Shown here piece after piece: positions 25,693 through 35,468 of a stretch of DNA of 64,000 bases. The notes under the pieces were generated by a model. The model did not search any database. It saw nothing but the letters and a program-made list of their open reading frames with translations, and was not told the origin of the DNA. The translations under genes were made by a program, and so were the position numbers. Where the stretch lies: contig CAJWLK010000001.1 in the NCBI GenBank assembly GCA_913043255.1, positions 324,288 to 388,287 of the forward strand, written 5' to 3'. Origin of the DNA: an uncultured Gemmatimonadota bacterium. Its GTDB lineage: Bacteria > Gemmatimonadota > Gemmatimonadetes > Palauibacterales > Palauibacteraceae. How positions within the stretch are numbered: the stretch's first letter is position 1; each line of letters begins with the position of its first letter.

Positions 25693-28600
25693 CTAGCCCG
25701 TTGGCCTTACAGGTAAGTCGATTGTCTCGCCAAGGGTCGGCAAAACCGCATCTGCGTACAGTCGCTCATTTAGGGCTGGAACCCGGGTTAGCACAAGAAC
25801 GTTTAACCGATCAAGGATGCCGGGCATTACTTCCCAAGCGCGATCTACTTGCCACAAGTGGTCTTCGGTCGGCAGCGTCGAAGACCCCTGGATTGCCGAA
25901 GCAACACCAGTATATCCTCGAGCCGTGTTTAGTTCATCACGTATGGCGTCCAACTCTTCCTCAAGAGCCGCGAGTTCCCCCGCAAGCTCTTCAGGCGACT
26001 CGTCCGCCCCTTCCATTAACTCTTTCGCCGCCACCAATTGTTCATTCACGCTATCTATCGCTTGCCTGGCCTCGTGGATTGGCTTGGCAAGGACGTGCAA
26101 ACTCATGAGCGCGTTCTGGCGAGTGATACGATCTCCGGATGTCATGGGACGACGCGGTTCCGCAACTATCTCAACCAAAGAGGAGTAACTTTCACCATTA
26201 ATTTTCATGCTCACGGTGTAGTTTCCAGGCATTACAATTGGGCCCTGGGGGGTACCCCTGAACATGCCGCCGGGTCCACCACCTTCGGTCTCACTATCAC
26301 TAGGCCGTTCGTAGGGCGGGTCATATCGCCAATCCCAAATCACTTCGTTAATACCAGGTGAACTCGGAGCCTCAAGTGTACGGACATGCTTTCCGCTCAT
26401 GTCCGTGACCGTCAGGGAAAAAACTTCACCGTCTGCTTCATCGTGCGACCCATCACCATCGTCAATTGCCGTAACATCGCTTGGGGCGTCACGCAGGTAG
26501 TAACGAATTCGTGCCCCTCTCGGAGGATTGGGCGCGCTAAACGTTGCTCCATAGAACGGCCAGTCCCCACGCTCTGCCCACATGATCGAGCGACTCGGGA
26601 AAACCCGTCCATCTTCAGCCATCATATCAGGTGACAGGTGTTCGAGCGGAGTGATATCTGACATGATGTACATACCCCGACCATGCGTCCCCACAATAAG
26701 ATCATTCTCACGTGGGTGGATTAGAATGTCGTCGACAGGAACCACCGGCAGGTTATTTTTGAATCGCGCCCAATTCTGACCGCGATCTACCGAAACATAC
26801 ACACCCACCTCGTTCCCAAGGAACAGTAGGTTGGGGGCTCGATGGTGCTCAACAATAACATTCACAGACCAACCGTCGGGCAGCCCACCCGTGATCGGGT
26901 CCCAAGTTTGGCCATAATCCTCACTGAGGTAAACATACGGCGCATAGTCGCCATTTCGGTGTCCATCAAATGTCGCATAAACTCGCCCACCCGCGTGAGA
27001 CGAAGCTTCAACACGACTCACATACGTGCGATCCGGGAGCCCAGGGATCTGGTCCACGACATTCTCCCACGTACTGCCATCGTCCCTTGTAACCTGAAGG
27101 TTTCCATCATCTGTCCCGATGTAGATGAGCCCCGGGACGAGGGGAGATTCGGCGAGAGTCGTGAGATTGCCGTACGTCGATATCCCATCATTGATCGACA
27201 GCTGTGCTTCAGACCCAGACACTCCCATAATCTCAAGTGTTTCCCGGTCAATTTGTTTGGTCAGATCTATGCCGCCGACTTCTTCCCATGTCATACCGTG
27301 GTCACGCGAACGCATGAGATAGTTTGCCCCGAGGTAAACCGTCGCTGGGTCATGCGGGGAAAGCTGAAGCGGCGAATTCCAGTTAAACCGGTATACCTTT
27401 GTTGTATCTCCATCCTCACGTGGACCTGTAATCGGTCGCATGGGCGTTTTCTCGCCAGTCGTCAGATCGTACCGATTCATATTCCCGCCCTGCGATTCCG
27501 AAAAAACGATGGTTGAATCGGTCGGGTCAACAATCGTGAAGAACCCATCACCATACACAGTCTCGTACCAATCCTGGTTTCGAATCCCATGAAACGAGCG
27601 CGTGTTTGAAGGGCCACACCAAGCGTCATTGTCTTGAAGTCCCCCACAAACGAAATACGGGTCCCGCATGTCAAATCCGATCGCGTAAAACTGAGCAAGT
27701 GGGATATTGTCAAACATGCGCCAGTGTCTAGTACCATCCCACGACACAGACACGCCACCGTCACTTCCAAGGATCAGGTGATCCGAATCATTTGGATCAA
27801 TCCACAGAGCATGGTGATCTACGTGCACCTGTATGACTCCATCGCTTCGGAACGTGCGGCCTGCATCATCAGACACCATGAGTTGCGTAGCGAGCACATA
27901 GATTCGATCCGGGTTACTTGGGTCAATGCGAATCTGCGAATAATACATCGGACGCGGATTCGTGTCCGACATCTTCTCCCATGTTTTTCCCCGATCCAAC
28001 GATCGATACGTACCCCCATCGCTCGTCCGACTAGGGGTTCGGAATCCTGCGGAAGGTTCCCGCGCATCAGCTTCAATCAGTGCATACACGACATTTCCAT
28101 CCTGTCGATAGATATCGATTCCGATACGGCCTTTATCACCCTCAGGAAGCCCATCCGTCAACTCGACCCAGTTTTCACCTCCGTCAACCGTCCGATAGAG
28201 ACCACTACCAGGTCCCCCGCCGTTAAACCCCCATCCGGTTCGTTGTCGTTGGTACATTGCGGCGAAGATCGTGTTAGGGTCCCCGGGGTCCATGGCAAGA
28301 TCAATCGCGCCGGTGTGCTCGTCGATATACAGCACTCTGTCCCAAGTATTACCACCATCTCGAGTTCGGAAGACACCTCGTTCCTCGTTTGGTCCCCAAA
28401 GGTCGCCTACCGCTGCGACGTATACTACGTCCGGATTTCGGGGGTGAATGAGGATTCGACCAATATGTTTGGTTTCTGCCAGACCCATGTGGGCCCAAGT
28501 ATTTCCAGCATCCGTAGATTTATATACCCCATTTCCCCACGGAGACGATTGTCTGTTTTGCGGCTCTCCTGTACCTACCCATAAGAGGTTCGGGTTCGCT

Positions 28601-28989
28601 TGGAAGATCGTAACATCACCAATCGAACTGGTTGTTTGATCATCAAACAACGGGGTCCACGAAGTTCCATGATTCTCAGTCTTCCACAAACCACCCGTAG
28701 CTGTAGCGACGTAGAACATCTGTGGCTTGGACGCGACCACCTCGAGGTCAGAAATCCGACCTCCCATGAGGGCTGGACCGATTCCGCGATATTCCAAGTG
28801 TGAGATGGCGGTTTCAAGCGATGTTTGCGCTTGAGCATCGGCACCAAAATGGAACATGCTGATGAGAGCTATCGCAAGGATCTGACTTACCTTCATGATG
28901 GTCCCTCGAATTACAGTAATGGGGGTCGGTTGCGATGACTCGCTCGACAGATCGACCCCTGTAAGGGAAGAACGTACAAACTCTTCCAC
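25693..28989 (-). CDS. secreted sortilin/VPS10-like BNR-repeat protein with coiled-coil C-terminal region
   Basis: 1098 aa with a signal peptide. There are at least ten BNR/Asp-box repeats, including STDAGNTW, TRDGGNTW, TVDGGENW, SLDRGKTW, SRDHGMTW, TRDDGSTW, SEDYGQTW and SVDRGQNW. The C-terminal roughly 200 aa is E/L-rich and predicted coiled-coil. Confidence 0.85.
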   Translation of the reverse strand: MEEFVRSSLTGVDLSSESSQPTPITVIRGTIMKVSQILAIALISMFHFGADAQAQTSLETAISHLEYRGIGPALMGGRISDLEVVASKPQMFYVATATGGLWKTENHGTSWTPLFDDQTTSSIGDVTIFQANPNLLWVGTGEPQNRQSSPWGNGVYKSTDAGNTWAHMGLAETKHIGRILIHPRNPDVVYVAAVGDLWGPNEERGVFRTRDGGNTWDRVLYIDEHTGAIDLAMDPGDPNTIFAAMYQRQRTGWGFNGGGPGSGLYRTVDGGENWVELTDGLPEGDKGRIGIDIYRQDGNVVYALIEADAREPSAGFRTPSRTSDGGTYRSLDRGKTWEKMSDTNPRPMYYSQIRIDPSNPDRIYVLATQLMVSDDAGRTFRSDGVIQVHVDHHALWIDPNDSDHLILGSDGGVSVSWDGTRHWRMFDNIPLAQFYAIGFDMRDPYFVCGGLQDNDAWCGPSNTRSFHGIRNQDWYETVYGDGFFTIVDPTDSTIVFSESQGGNMNRYDLTTGEKTPMRPITGPREDGDTTKVYRFNWNSPLQLSPHDPATVYLGANYLMRSRDHGMTWEEVGGIDLTKQIDRETLEIMGVSGSEAQLSINDGISTYGNLTTLAESPLVPGLIYIGTDDGNLQVTRDDGSTWENVVDQIPGLPDRTYVSRVEASSHAGGRVYATFDGHRNGDYAPYVYLSEDYGQTWDPITGGLPDGWSVNVIVEHHRAPNLLFLGNEVGVYVSVDRGQNWARFKNNLPVVPVDDILIHPRENDLIVGTHGRGMYIMSDITPLEHLSPDMMAEDGRVFPSRSIMWAERGDWPFYGATFSAPNPPRGARIRYYLRDAPSDVTAIDDGDGSHDEADGEVFSLTVTDMSGKHVRTLEAPSSPGINEVIWDWRYDPPYERPSDSETEGGGPGGMFRGTPQGPIVMPGNYTVSMKINGESYSSLVEIVAEPRRPMTSGDRITRQNALMSLHVLAKPIHEARQAIDSVNEQLVAAKELMEGADESPEELAGELAALEEELDAIRDELNTARGYTGVASAIQGSSTLPTEDHLWQVDRAWEVMPGILDRLNVLVLTRVPALNERLYADAVLPTLGETIDLPVRPTG

Positions 28990-29079
28990 CCTCTATTCTG
29001 CACACAAGCGGGATGGGCGCAAGCGGAAGCAAACAAATTCCTTTTTTGGGGCTACCGAGTTCAAAAGCAACTCTGACGT

Positions 29080-29808
29080 TCAGACACCCTCATCTAAAAT
29101 ATTTGCAATCCAACTCGCAGTTCGCATCGTAAGCTCTTGCGCGACCTCTTCGTTCGTCCGCCCGCTTCGCTTAAGAACGTGAAAAGAATGATCAGCTCCA
29201 TCTGAAATATGGAGTGTCGCAAAATCTCCAAGTGAGGCACAGATGGGATCGAGCAGAGCAAGATTGGCCAAACGATCACGCGTACCCTGGAGAAACAACA
29301 TCGGGACTTTGACGGCTGATAAGTGTGCTGCTCTTTCGGAAGAAGATTGTCCTGCAGGGTGCAGGGGGAAACCAAAGAAGACAATCCCGCAAACGCCGTC
29401 GAGAGGACGCTCTGCAGCAGCGATCGAGGTCATCCTTCCACCCATGGATTTGCCCGCGGCAATAAGCGGAAGGTCCGCAGCCACCTCCCGCGACCTAGCG
29501 ACTGCCGCACGGACAGTTTCGACGAGGATGCGCGGTCGATCTGGAGGTTTGCGTTGACCAGACAGAACCTGTGATTCCATGAACGGAAAATGATACCGAA
29601 AGGTCGCAATACCACACGCAGCGAGTCGCTGAGCCATATCAGCCATAAATAGATGCTCAATACCCGCACCCGCACCGTGGGAGAACGCCATCATCGCTAT
29701 TGGCTTCGAGGGTCGCACCAGAAGCGCAGACACCTTCCCCCACTCAAGTGTCACACAATCAACTTGCTGGGGAAACCGTTGTGTCGGACTCGTGTCGGGA
29801 TCCGTCAT
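29080..29808 (-). CDS. alpha/beta hydrolase (dienelactone hydrolase-like)
   Basis: The GxSxG nucleophile is AGKSMGGR, and there is a catalytic His region (DGADHSF). The start was trimmed to the internal Met (MTDPD) to avoid a 38-nt overlap with the upstream MFS gene. Confidence 0.7.
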   Translation of the reverse strand: MTDPDTSPTQRFPQQVDCVTLEWGKVSALLVRPSKPIAMMAFSHGAGAGIEHLFMADMAQRLAACGIATFRYHFPFMESQVLSGQRKPPDRPRILVETVRAAVARSREVAADLPLIAAGKSMGGRMTSIAAAERPLDGVCGIVFFGFPLHPAGQSSSERAAHLSAVKVPMLFLQGTRDRLANLALLDPICASLGDFATLHISDGADHSFHVLKRSGRTNEEVAQELTMRTASWIANILDEGV

Positions 29809-29839
29809 CTCAACCACATACAAAAATGGTGACCCAATA

Positions 29840-31105
29840 TCATGATCCAGTCGAATCGCGGGTTTCACCTGAATCATGTGCTGTCACTGGACCGCCCCAC
29901 TGATGGCCAGGTTCAATCTTTTCCTCAACGTCCTGCTTATGGGGCGAGGGTATCCGAACGGAAAGAATGACCGCGATGGTTGACAAAGATGCACCCACGA
30001 GGAATGGGCTCCCAATCGCATACGTCTGAAATAATGCTCCGGCCCACAAAGGACCGACCACTCGTCCTAGTCCGCCCGCGAGCTGGCTTCCACCAAGCAC
30101 AGAGCCCTGTGAGTACTCATCAGTTGCCCGTGAAATGAGGGAATGAAGTGATGGGAAAAGCATTCCCGTGGCTATTGCCCAGAGTGGCACTAGTAGCGCC
30201 AACCACCACCGATTGGGAATGAATGCGATCATGCCGACACTGACCGCTAGCAACAAACATCCAGCACGAACTGTCGAAGGCTCTCCAAACATTTTCACGA
30301 TGCGGCCGACAAGAACACCTCGAACCACAACCGTAACTGCCCCAGCTAGTGTAAACACTAGCCCCATGTCAGCGGCCGTCATTGAGAATACGCGCTGCAT
30401 ATACAGCGCTAATACAGACGTCATCGACGTGAAGGAGCTAATCGTAAGAAAATATACGGCGAGGAGGAGCCCCAATGGGAACTCCGTCAATGAGCGTACC
30501 CAACTACTAAGCGTCGCTGCCTGACCCTTTGCCCTGCCTGCCAAGCGTTCTTGGAATTGGCGCGATTCCGGAAGAAACGCGATGGCAGCGAAGGCATTGA
30601 GAAGACATAAACCTGCAGCGACGAGACCTGGTGCACCAAGGCCATATCGACTGAAATAACCTCCAATCGCAGGCCCAAGCATGATACCCAACCCCGATGC
30701 CGCGCCTACCATGCCCAGTCCACGTGCCCGCTCGTCCCCTTCGGTCGAATCCGCCACGTAAGCATGTGCAACAGAGATCGTTCCACCCGCCGCACCTGCT
30801 GCCATCCGGGAAAGCAAGAGAACAGTTATCGAATTTGCGAGCGCAAACAATAAATACGATATCGCGGACGCGAAAAGCCCTATGATAATAAGCATCCGAC
30901 GACCACGGCGGTCTGAAAAACGGCCCCAAATTGGGGCAGCGACAAGCTGTAGGGCCGAAAAAGAAGCGATGATCAACGTAACTTCAAACGGTGAGGCCCC
31001 AAGATCTTCCGCATAGAAAGGAAGGAGCGGGAGAACGATTCCAAATCCTATCATGTCCACAAGTACCGTCGCGAACAAAACACTAAGACCCGTTCGTCTC
31101 AGCAT
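29840..31105 (-). CDS. MFS transporter (TCR/TetA-like 12-TM)
   Basis: 421 aa. The N-terminus is LFATVLVDMIGFGIVLPLLPFY, and the MFS motif-A-like segment is GRFSDRRGRRMLII. Confidence 0.8.
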   Translation of the reverse strand: MLRRTGLSVLFATVLVDMIGFGIVLPLLPFYAEDLGASPFEVTLIIASFSALQLVAAPIWGRFSDRRGRRMLIIIGLFASAISYLLFALANSITVLLLSRMAAGAAGGTISVAHAYVADSTEGDERARGLGMVGAASGLGIMLGPAIGGYFSRYGLGAPGLVAAGLCLLNAFAAIAFLPESRQFQERLAGRAKGQAATLSSWVRSLTEFPLGLLLAVYFLTISSFTSMTSVLALYMQRVFSMTAADMGLVFTLAGAVTVVVRGVLVGRIVKMFGEPSTVRAGCLLLAVSVGMIAFIPNRWWLALLVPLWAIATGMLFPSLHSLISRATDEYSQGSVLGGSQLAGGLGRVVGPLWAGALFQTYAIGSPFLVGASLSTIAVILSVRIPSPHKQDVEEKIEPGHQWGGPVTAHDSGETRDSTGS

Positions 31106-31511
31106 GCGGACTCCGCTTGCACTCCCATCACGATCGAAACCGTGTACTGGTGATTGCAGTCGGGCTCTGTGTCCAAAGCGATCAAATCAATGGTCATTCC
31201 AAGGACACTTAGTGGCCCCTTTTGTAAGCCAACCGGCTTTTGGCGGCATTTTGTGAGAAACGCTGGGCCAACACATCTGGTAAAGGATCAACGTTGTCGC
31301 GAATCATCGTGTTCCGCAGCTGTCACTCTCTTTACGCGACGACGAATGTTAGCCTCCGACAGCAGCTATTTCGAGGCCCGCTTCATCAATCTGCAAGTTG
31401 TCTGGTACTGTGCCGACGGGATAGTTTTGATTCCCGCCGATCGCCAAGAAAAAAATCATCCGATCCATGAGAAGATACTCACAGGTCGGTTCTTAACGCG
31501 GAAGGAACCCG

Positions 31512-32306
31512 ATGGCTAATAAGCTGATCAAGTACGGAGTTGAGGACGGTGTCGCAATCCTAACGATTGATGACCCTCCTGCGAACACCTACACATATGA
31601 AATGATGCAAGATCTAGATGACGCTATCCTGCAGGCCCGTTTCGATGAAAATGTCCATGTGATCGTACTTCGTGGGGGTGGGGAAAAGTTCTTTTCTGCC
31701 GGAGCGAACATCAATATGCTCCAAACCTCCGACCCTTACTTTAAATACTTCTTCTGTCTACACGCGAATGAAACACTCACCCGTCTCGAACAAACACCCA
31801 AACTGGTGATTGGCGCACTCAATGGACATACAGTCGGGGGTGGCCTTGAGATTGCGCTTGCTTGTGATATTCGGATCGCCCGAAAAGATGCGGGTAAAAT
31901 TGGCCTTCCAGAGGTCAACTTGGGCGTGCTACCAGGTACCGGCGGAACCCAGCGACTTGGCCGAATCCTTGGAAAGTCTAAGTCGATCGAGCTTATGGTA
32001 GAGGGACGCACGTTTGGGTTTAGTGAGGCGCTCGAGCTAGGGCTCATAAACAAGATTCTCGAAGGCGACAATGAAGAATTCTTTAGCCAAGTAATGGAAT
32101 ACGCGAAGCAGTTCACACCACCCCATAAAGCTTCCCGTGCGGTAGGTCGAATCAAACGATCTGTTTGTAGTGGTACCGAGGTTCCCTTCTCCGAGGGCCT
32201 CGCAATCGAGCGCGAACTTCAGCAACTTTTGTTCCAGGGAGAGGACGCTAAAGAAGGTCTCGCAGCCTACACCGAGAAGCGGAATCCCACTTTCACTGGA
32301 AGATAG
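31512..32306 (+). CDS. enoyl-CoA hydratase/isomerase (crotonase) family protein
   Basis: Crotonase motifs are present: FSAGANINML, GGGLEIALACDIRIA and GLPEVNLGVLPGTGGTQRL. Confidence 0.85.
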   Translation: MANKLIKYGVEDGVAILTIDDPPANTYTYEMMQDLDDAILQARFDENVHVIVLRGGGEKFFSAGANINMLQTSDPYFKYFFCLHANETLTRLEQTPKLVIGALNGHTVGGGLEIALACDIRIARKDAGKIGLPEVNLGVLPGTGGTQRLGRILGKSKSIELMVEGRTFGFSEALELGLINKILEGDNEEFFSQVMEYAKQFTPPHKASRAVGRIKRSVCSGTEVPFSEGLAIERELQQLLFQGEDAKEGLAAYTEKRNPTFTGR

Positions 32307-32333
32307 GGCTGTGCCAACTAGCGAGTCCATCGC

Positions 32334-33551
32334 GTGAATCCGAACGACCGCGACCCAGTCATCATCGACGCCGTCCGCACTCCTGTCGGGCGGGCGGGCG
32401 GCGCCCTTTCTTCGGTACGTCCGGACGACCTGCTCGCACATACGATTCGCGAATTGATCAGGCGAACGGGCATCCCAGCAGATCGTATCGAGGACATCAT
32501 CGCTGGTTGTACGAACGGTGCAGGTGAAGACAACCGCAACGTAGCAAGGATGGCGGGCCTACTCGCCGGACTACCCATCGAGGTGCCCGGACAAACTGTG
32601 AACCGACTCTGTGGCTCCGGTTTGCAGGCTGTGGTGTCCGCGGGGCACGCCATCCAGGCTGGTGCAGGTGATGTCTTTATTGCAGGGGGTGTGGAGAGCA
32701 TGTCGCGAGCACCCTGGGTCATGCTCAAGCCAACAACCGGATTTTCACGTGTTCCTCCACCCGTAGCAGATACAACTGTGGGCTGGAGGTTCACAAATCC
32801 AACCATGCCCAAATCTTGGACGATCTCATTGGGCGAAACGGCGGAAGTCGTCGCTGAACAGAGTTCGGTGAGTCGTGAGGATCAAGATGCATTCGCCCTT
32901 GAAAGCCAACAGCGAGCTGTTCGAGCCATTGAGGAGGGGCGGTTTATTGATGAAATCGTCTCCATTGACATACCACAGCGTAAAGGTGCTCCAATAACCG
33001 TTGACCACGATGAACACCCCCGGCCTGATCTTACGCTCGAAAAGCTCTCAACGCTCCGACCAGCCTTCCGTGATAATGGCACTGTCACTGCGGGTAACGC
33101 TTCTGGCATCAACGATGGTGCAGCTGCACTTCTTATAACAAGTCGGACCGCCGCGGAGGAACTAGGCTTTCGCCCGATGGCCCGACTTGGATCGTCCGCC
33201 GTCGTTGGGGTGGACCCCGCACATATGGGATTGGGGCCAGTTCCCGCGACCCGTAAAGCACTCCAACGCGCCGGCCTTTCGGTTGACGATCTTGATCTAA
33301 TTGAAATCAATGAAGCCTTCGCAGCCCAAGCGCTTCCTTGCATCGAGCAGCTTGGTTTTGATCCAGAACGAACTAACGTGAATGGTGGCGCCATTGCACT
33401 TGGCCATCCGCTTGGGTGTACCGGAGCTAAACTCATCACCACACTCACGCACGAACTCCGACGTCGCGGCGCATCAATTGGCCTCGTCACAATGTGCATT
33501 GGAGTCGGGCAAGGAATCGCTCTCGTCGTACATATGGAGGATCCCGCGTGA
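32334..33551 (+). CDS. acetyl-CoA C-acyltransferase (thiolase), 3-oxoadipyl-CoA thiolase-like
   Basis: Thiolase motifs are present: [12 protein letters not shown] (active-site Cys), NEAFAAQAL and [11 protein letters not shown]. Confidence 0.85.
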   Translation: MNPNDRDPVIIDAVRTPVGRAGGALSSVRPDDLLAHTIRELIRRTGIPADRIEDIIAGCTNGAGEDNRNVARMAGLLAGLPIEVPGQTVNRLCGSGLQAVVSAGHAIQAGAGDVFIAGGVESMSRAPWVMLKPTTGFSRVPPPVADTTVGWRFTNPTMPKSWTISLGETAEVVAEQSSVSREDQDAFALESQQRAVRAIEEGRFIDEIVSIDIPQRKGAPITVDHDEHPRPDLTLEKLSTLRPAFRDNGTVTAGNASGINDGAAALLITSRTAAEELGFRPMARLGSSAVVGVDPAHMGLGPVPATRKALQRAGLSVDDLDLIEINEAFAAQALPCIEQLGFDPERTNVNGGAIALGHPLGCTGAKLITTLTHELRRRGASIGLVTMCIGVGQGIALVVHMEDPA

Positions 33552-34366
33552 GCAATCCGCAGGTTCTCATCGAAGTCAACGAGGGGATCGGGACGCTGAC
33601 CCTCAACCGCCCCGAGAAGCTCAACTCGTTCATCGGAACTATGCGAGATGAGATCGCAAATGGTATCGACAAATTGTCCAGAGACGAGTCAGTGCGGTGC
33701 GTCATTGTGACAGGAGCAGGCCGTGCTTTCTGTGCGGGTGCTGACGTCACCTATCTGACCAAGCTCATAGAGACACAGGCTGTCGACGAAGCGATCGCAC
33801 TTGTGGAAGCCGGACGCCAAGTCACAACAGCTATTCGAGAGATGCCAAAGCCAGTGATTGCAGCGATCAATGGTGCTGCAGCGGGTGGAGGAGCCAACAT
33901 GGCTTTGGCTTGTGATCTAAGAATCGCAGCGGAAAACGCTTCCATTGGGCAGACGTTCAACCGCATCGGCCTACACCCTGACTGGGGTGGAACCTATGCA
34001 GTTCCGCGTCTCGTCGGGCCAGCCCGAGCAGCCGAACTATTCTTCTTTGCCGAGATGGTCCCCGCCTTAGAAGCTGAGAGAATCGGGCTCATTAATCGTG
34101 TGGTACCGCCAGAAGCCTTGATGCCCACGGCGCATGAATGGGCAGCACATTTAGCCGCCAAGCCTCCCCTTGCCATACAGTTGGCCAAGCAAGCGATTCA
34201 GTTGAGTCTCAACTCAAGTTTTGAAGAAATGCTCAACTATGAAACCGAAGCCCAGCGAGCCTGCTTCAAGTCTGAGGACGCACTTGAGGGCGTGCGCGCG
34301 TTCATCGAAAAACGCGAACCAAGATTCAGTACAGGACAGTCATCCAATTTGGCTTCTGGAGGTTAG
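33548..34366 (+). CDS. enoyl-CoA hydratase/isomerase family protein
   Basis: Crotonase motifs are present: [10 protein letters not shown] and [15 protein letters not shown]. The start is probably GTG at about 33548, overlapping the thiolase stop as GTGA. The track ATG at 33494 would give a 58-nt overlap. Confidence 0.75.
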   Translation: MSNPQVLIEVNEGIGTLTLNRPEKLNSFIGTMRDEIANGIDKLSRDESVRCVIVTGAGRAFCAGADVTYLTKLIETQAVDEAIALVEAGRQVTTAIREMPKPVIAAINGAAAGGGANMALACDLRIAAENASIGQTFNRIGLHPDWGGTYAVPRLVGPARAAELFFFAEMVPALEAERIGLINRVVPPEALMPTAHEWAAHLAAKPPLAIQLAKQAIQLSLNSSFEEMLNYETEAQRACFKSEDALEGVRAFIEKREPRFSTGQSSNLASGG

Positions 34367-34443
34367 AAAATGAAGGTAGAGGTGGGACCTTGTGATCCAC
34401 ATTGGTACCATCTATCGGTCATTTCACAGGCAACCCCAAGTTC

Positions 34444-35301
34444 ATGAATCACGACACTCTAACCGTTATTGGTGCTGGAACCATGGGTCACGGTATCGCT
34501 CAAGTGGCAGCGATGGCGGGCTATGAGACTCGGCTTTTCGACCTGGAACCTGAGGCGCTTGAAGCTGCTCAAGTACGCATAGCGTCTAACCTAGCCAAAG
34601 GCATCAAGCGTGGTAAAGTCGACCCGAAAGAGATGGAACGCACACGTGATGCCCTATCGATGACCACTGACCTCGCCGAAGCAACCAATGGAGCTTCGGT
34701 CGTGATCGAAGCGGTTCCGGAGAAACTTTCACTCAAGCAAAACCTCCTACTTGAGTGCGCTAACTTAACAAGCCACGGTGTTCTTCTTGCGAGCAATACG
34801 TCTTCGTTATCGATCAGTCGGATTGCCCAGAAAGTTCCGTCGCCTGAGCGCGTGGTTGGCATGCACTTCTTCAACCCCGTGCACATCATGGAACTGGTCG
34901 AGATCGTTCAGGGAGAGGAAACCTCCTCGGAGACCGTGGAACGGGCACGGACCCTCACCAAGCACCTAGGTAAAACGCCTATCGTTGTGAAAGACTCTCC
35001 TGGTTTCGCATCGTCTCGACTCGGAGTGGCGATCGGTCTCGAGGCCATACGTATGGTTGAAGAAGGGGTCGCATCACCAGAGGACATCGATACTGCAATG
35101 ATGTTAGGGTATCGCTATCCAGTCGGGCCCCTCAGGCTGGGAGATCTCGTGGGTCTCGATGTGCGGCTGGATATTGCGCAACATCTATTCGAGGAGCTCA
35201 ACTCGCCAAGATTCAAACCCCCTGCCTTGCTTGAGCAAATGGTACGAGAAGGAAAGCTCGGAAAGAAGAGCGGTGAAGGCTTCTATCGATGGGAAGACTG
35301 A
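34444..35301 (+). CDS. 3-hydroxyacyl-CoA dehydrogenase (HBD/PaaH-like), NAD-binding
   Basis: LTVIGAGTMGHGIAQV is the Rossmann motif. The 3HCDH_N and C domains are present. The start was moved to the internal Met (MNHDTL). Confidence 0.8.
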   Translation: MNHDTLTVIGAGTMGHGIAQVAAMAGYETRLFDLEPEALEAAQVRIASNLAKGIKRGKVDPKEMERTRDALSMTTDLAEATNGASVVIEAVPEKLSLKQNLLLECANLTSHGVLLASNTSSLSISRIAQKVPSPERVVGMHFFNPVHIMELVEIVQGEETSSETVERARTLTKHLGKTPIVVKDSPGFASSRLGVAIGLEAIRMVEEGVASPEDIDTAMMLGYRYPVGPLRLGDLVGLDVRLDIAQHLFEELNSPRFKPPALLEQMVREGKLGKKSGEGFYRWED

Positions 35302-35468
35302 CCCCGTTCTAGTTACTTGCGCAGAGCCCTCTACACACTCGACCTTCCACGATCAACCTTACCTCTGATGGAATTCTGATTGGAATGTGCGATGTTCCGT
35401 GGACCACAGAACGTCAAACCCCTAACTATACTTTAGAGGACGCAGCCCAGTATTGAGGAGAACGTAAC

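Noticed and set aside
26842-28584. Long plus-strand ORFs (224 aa and 316 aa) antisense to the sortilin/BNR gene
   Set aside because: They are entirely nested antisense within a gene with strong repeat homology. Their Arg/Ser/Pro-rich composition is typical of spurious GC-driven ORFs. They lack RBS and domain signal.
31154-31519. 121-aa and 76-aa ORFs in the divergent intergenic region between the MFS and hydratase genes
   Set aside because: The frames overlap in different phases and are Arg/Ser-rich with no homology. The region is better interpreted as a shared regulatory spacer.
32318-33499. Minus-strand ORFs of 164 and 205 aa opposite the thiolase gene
   Set aside because: They are antisense to a gene with unambiguous thiolase motifs. 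They have no start context and no domains.
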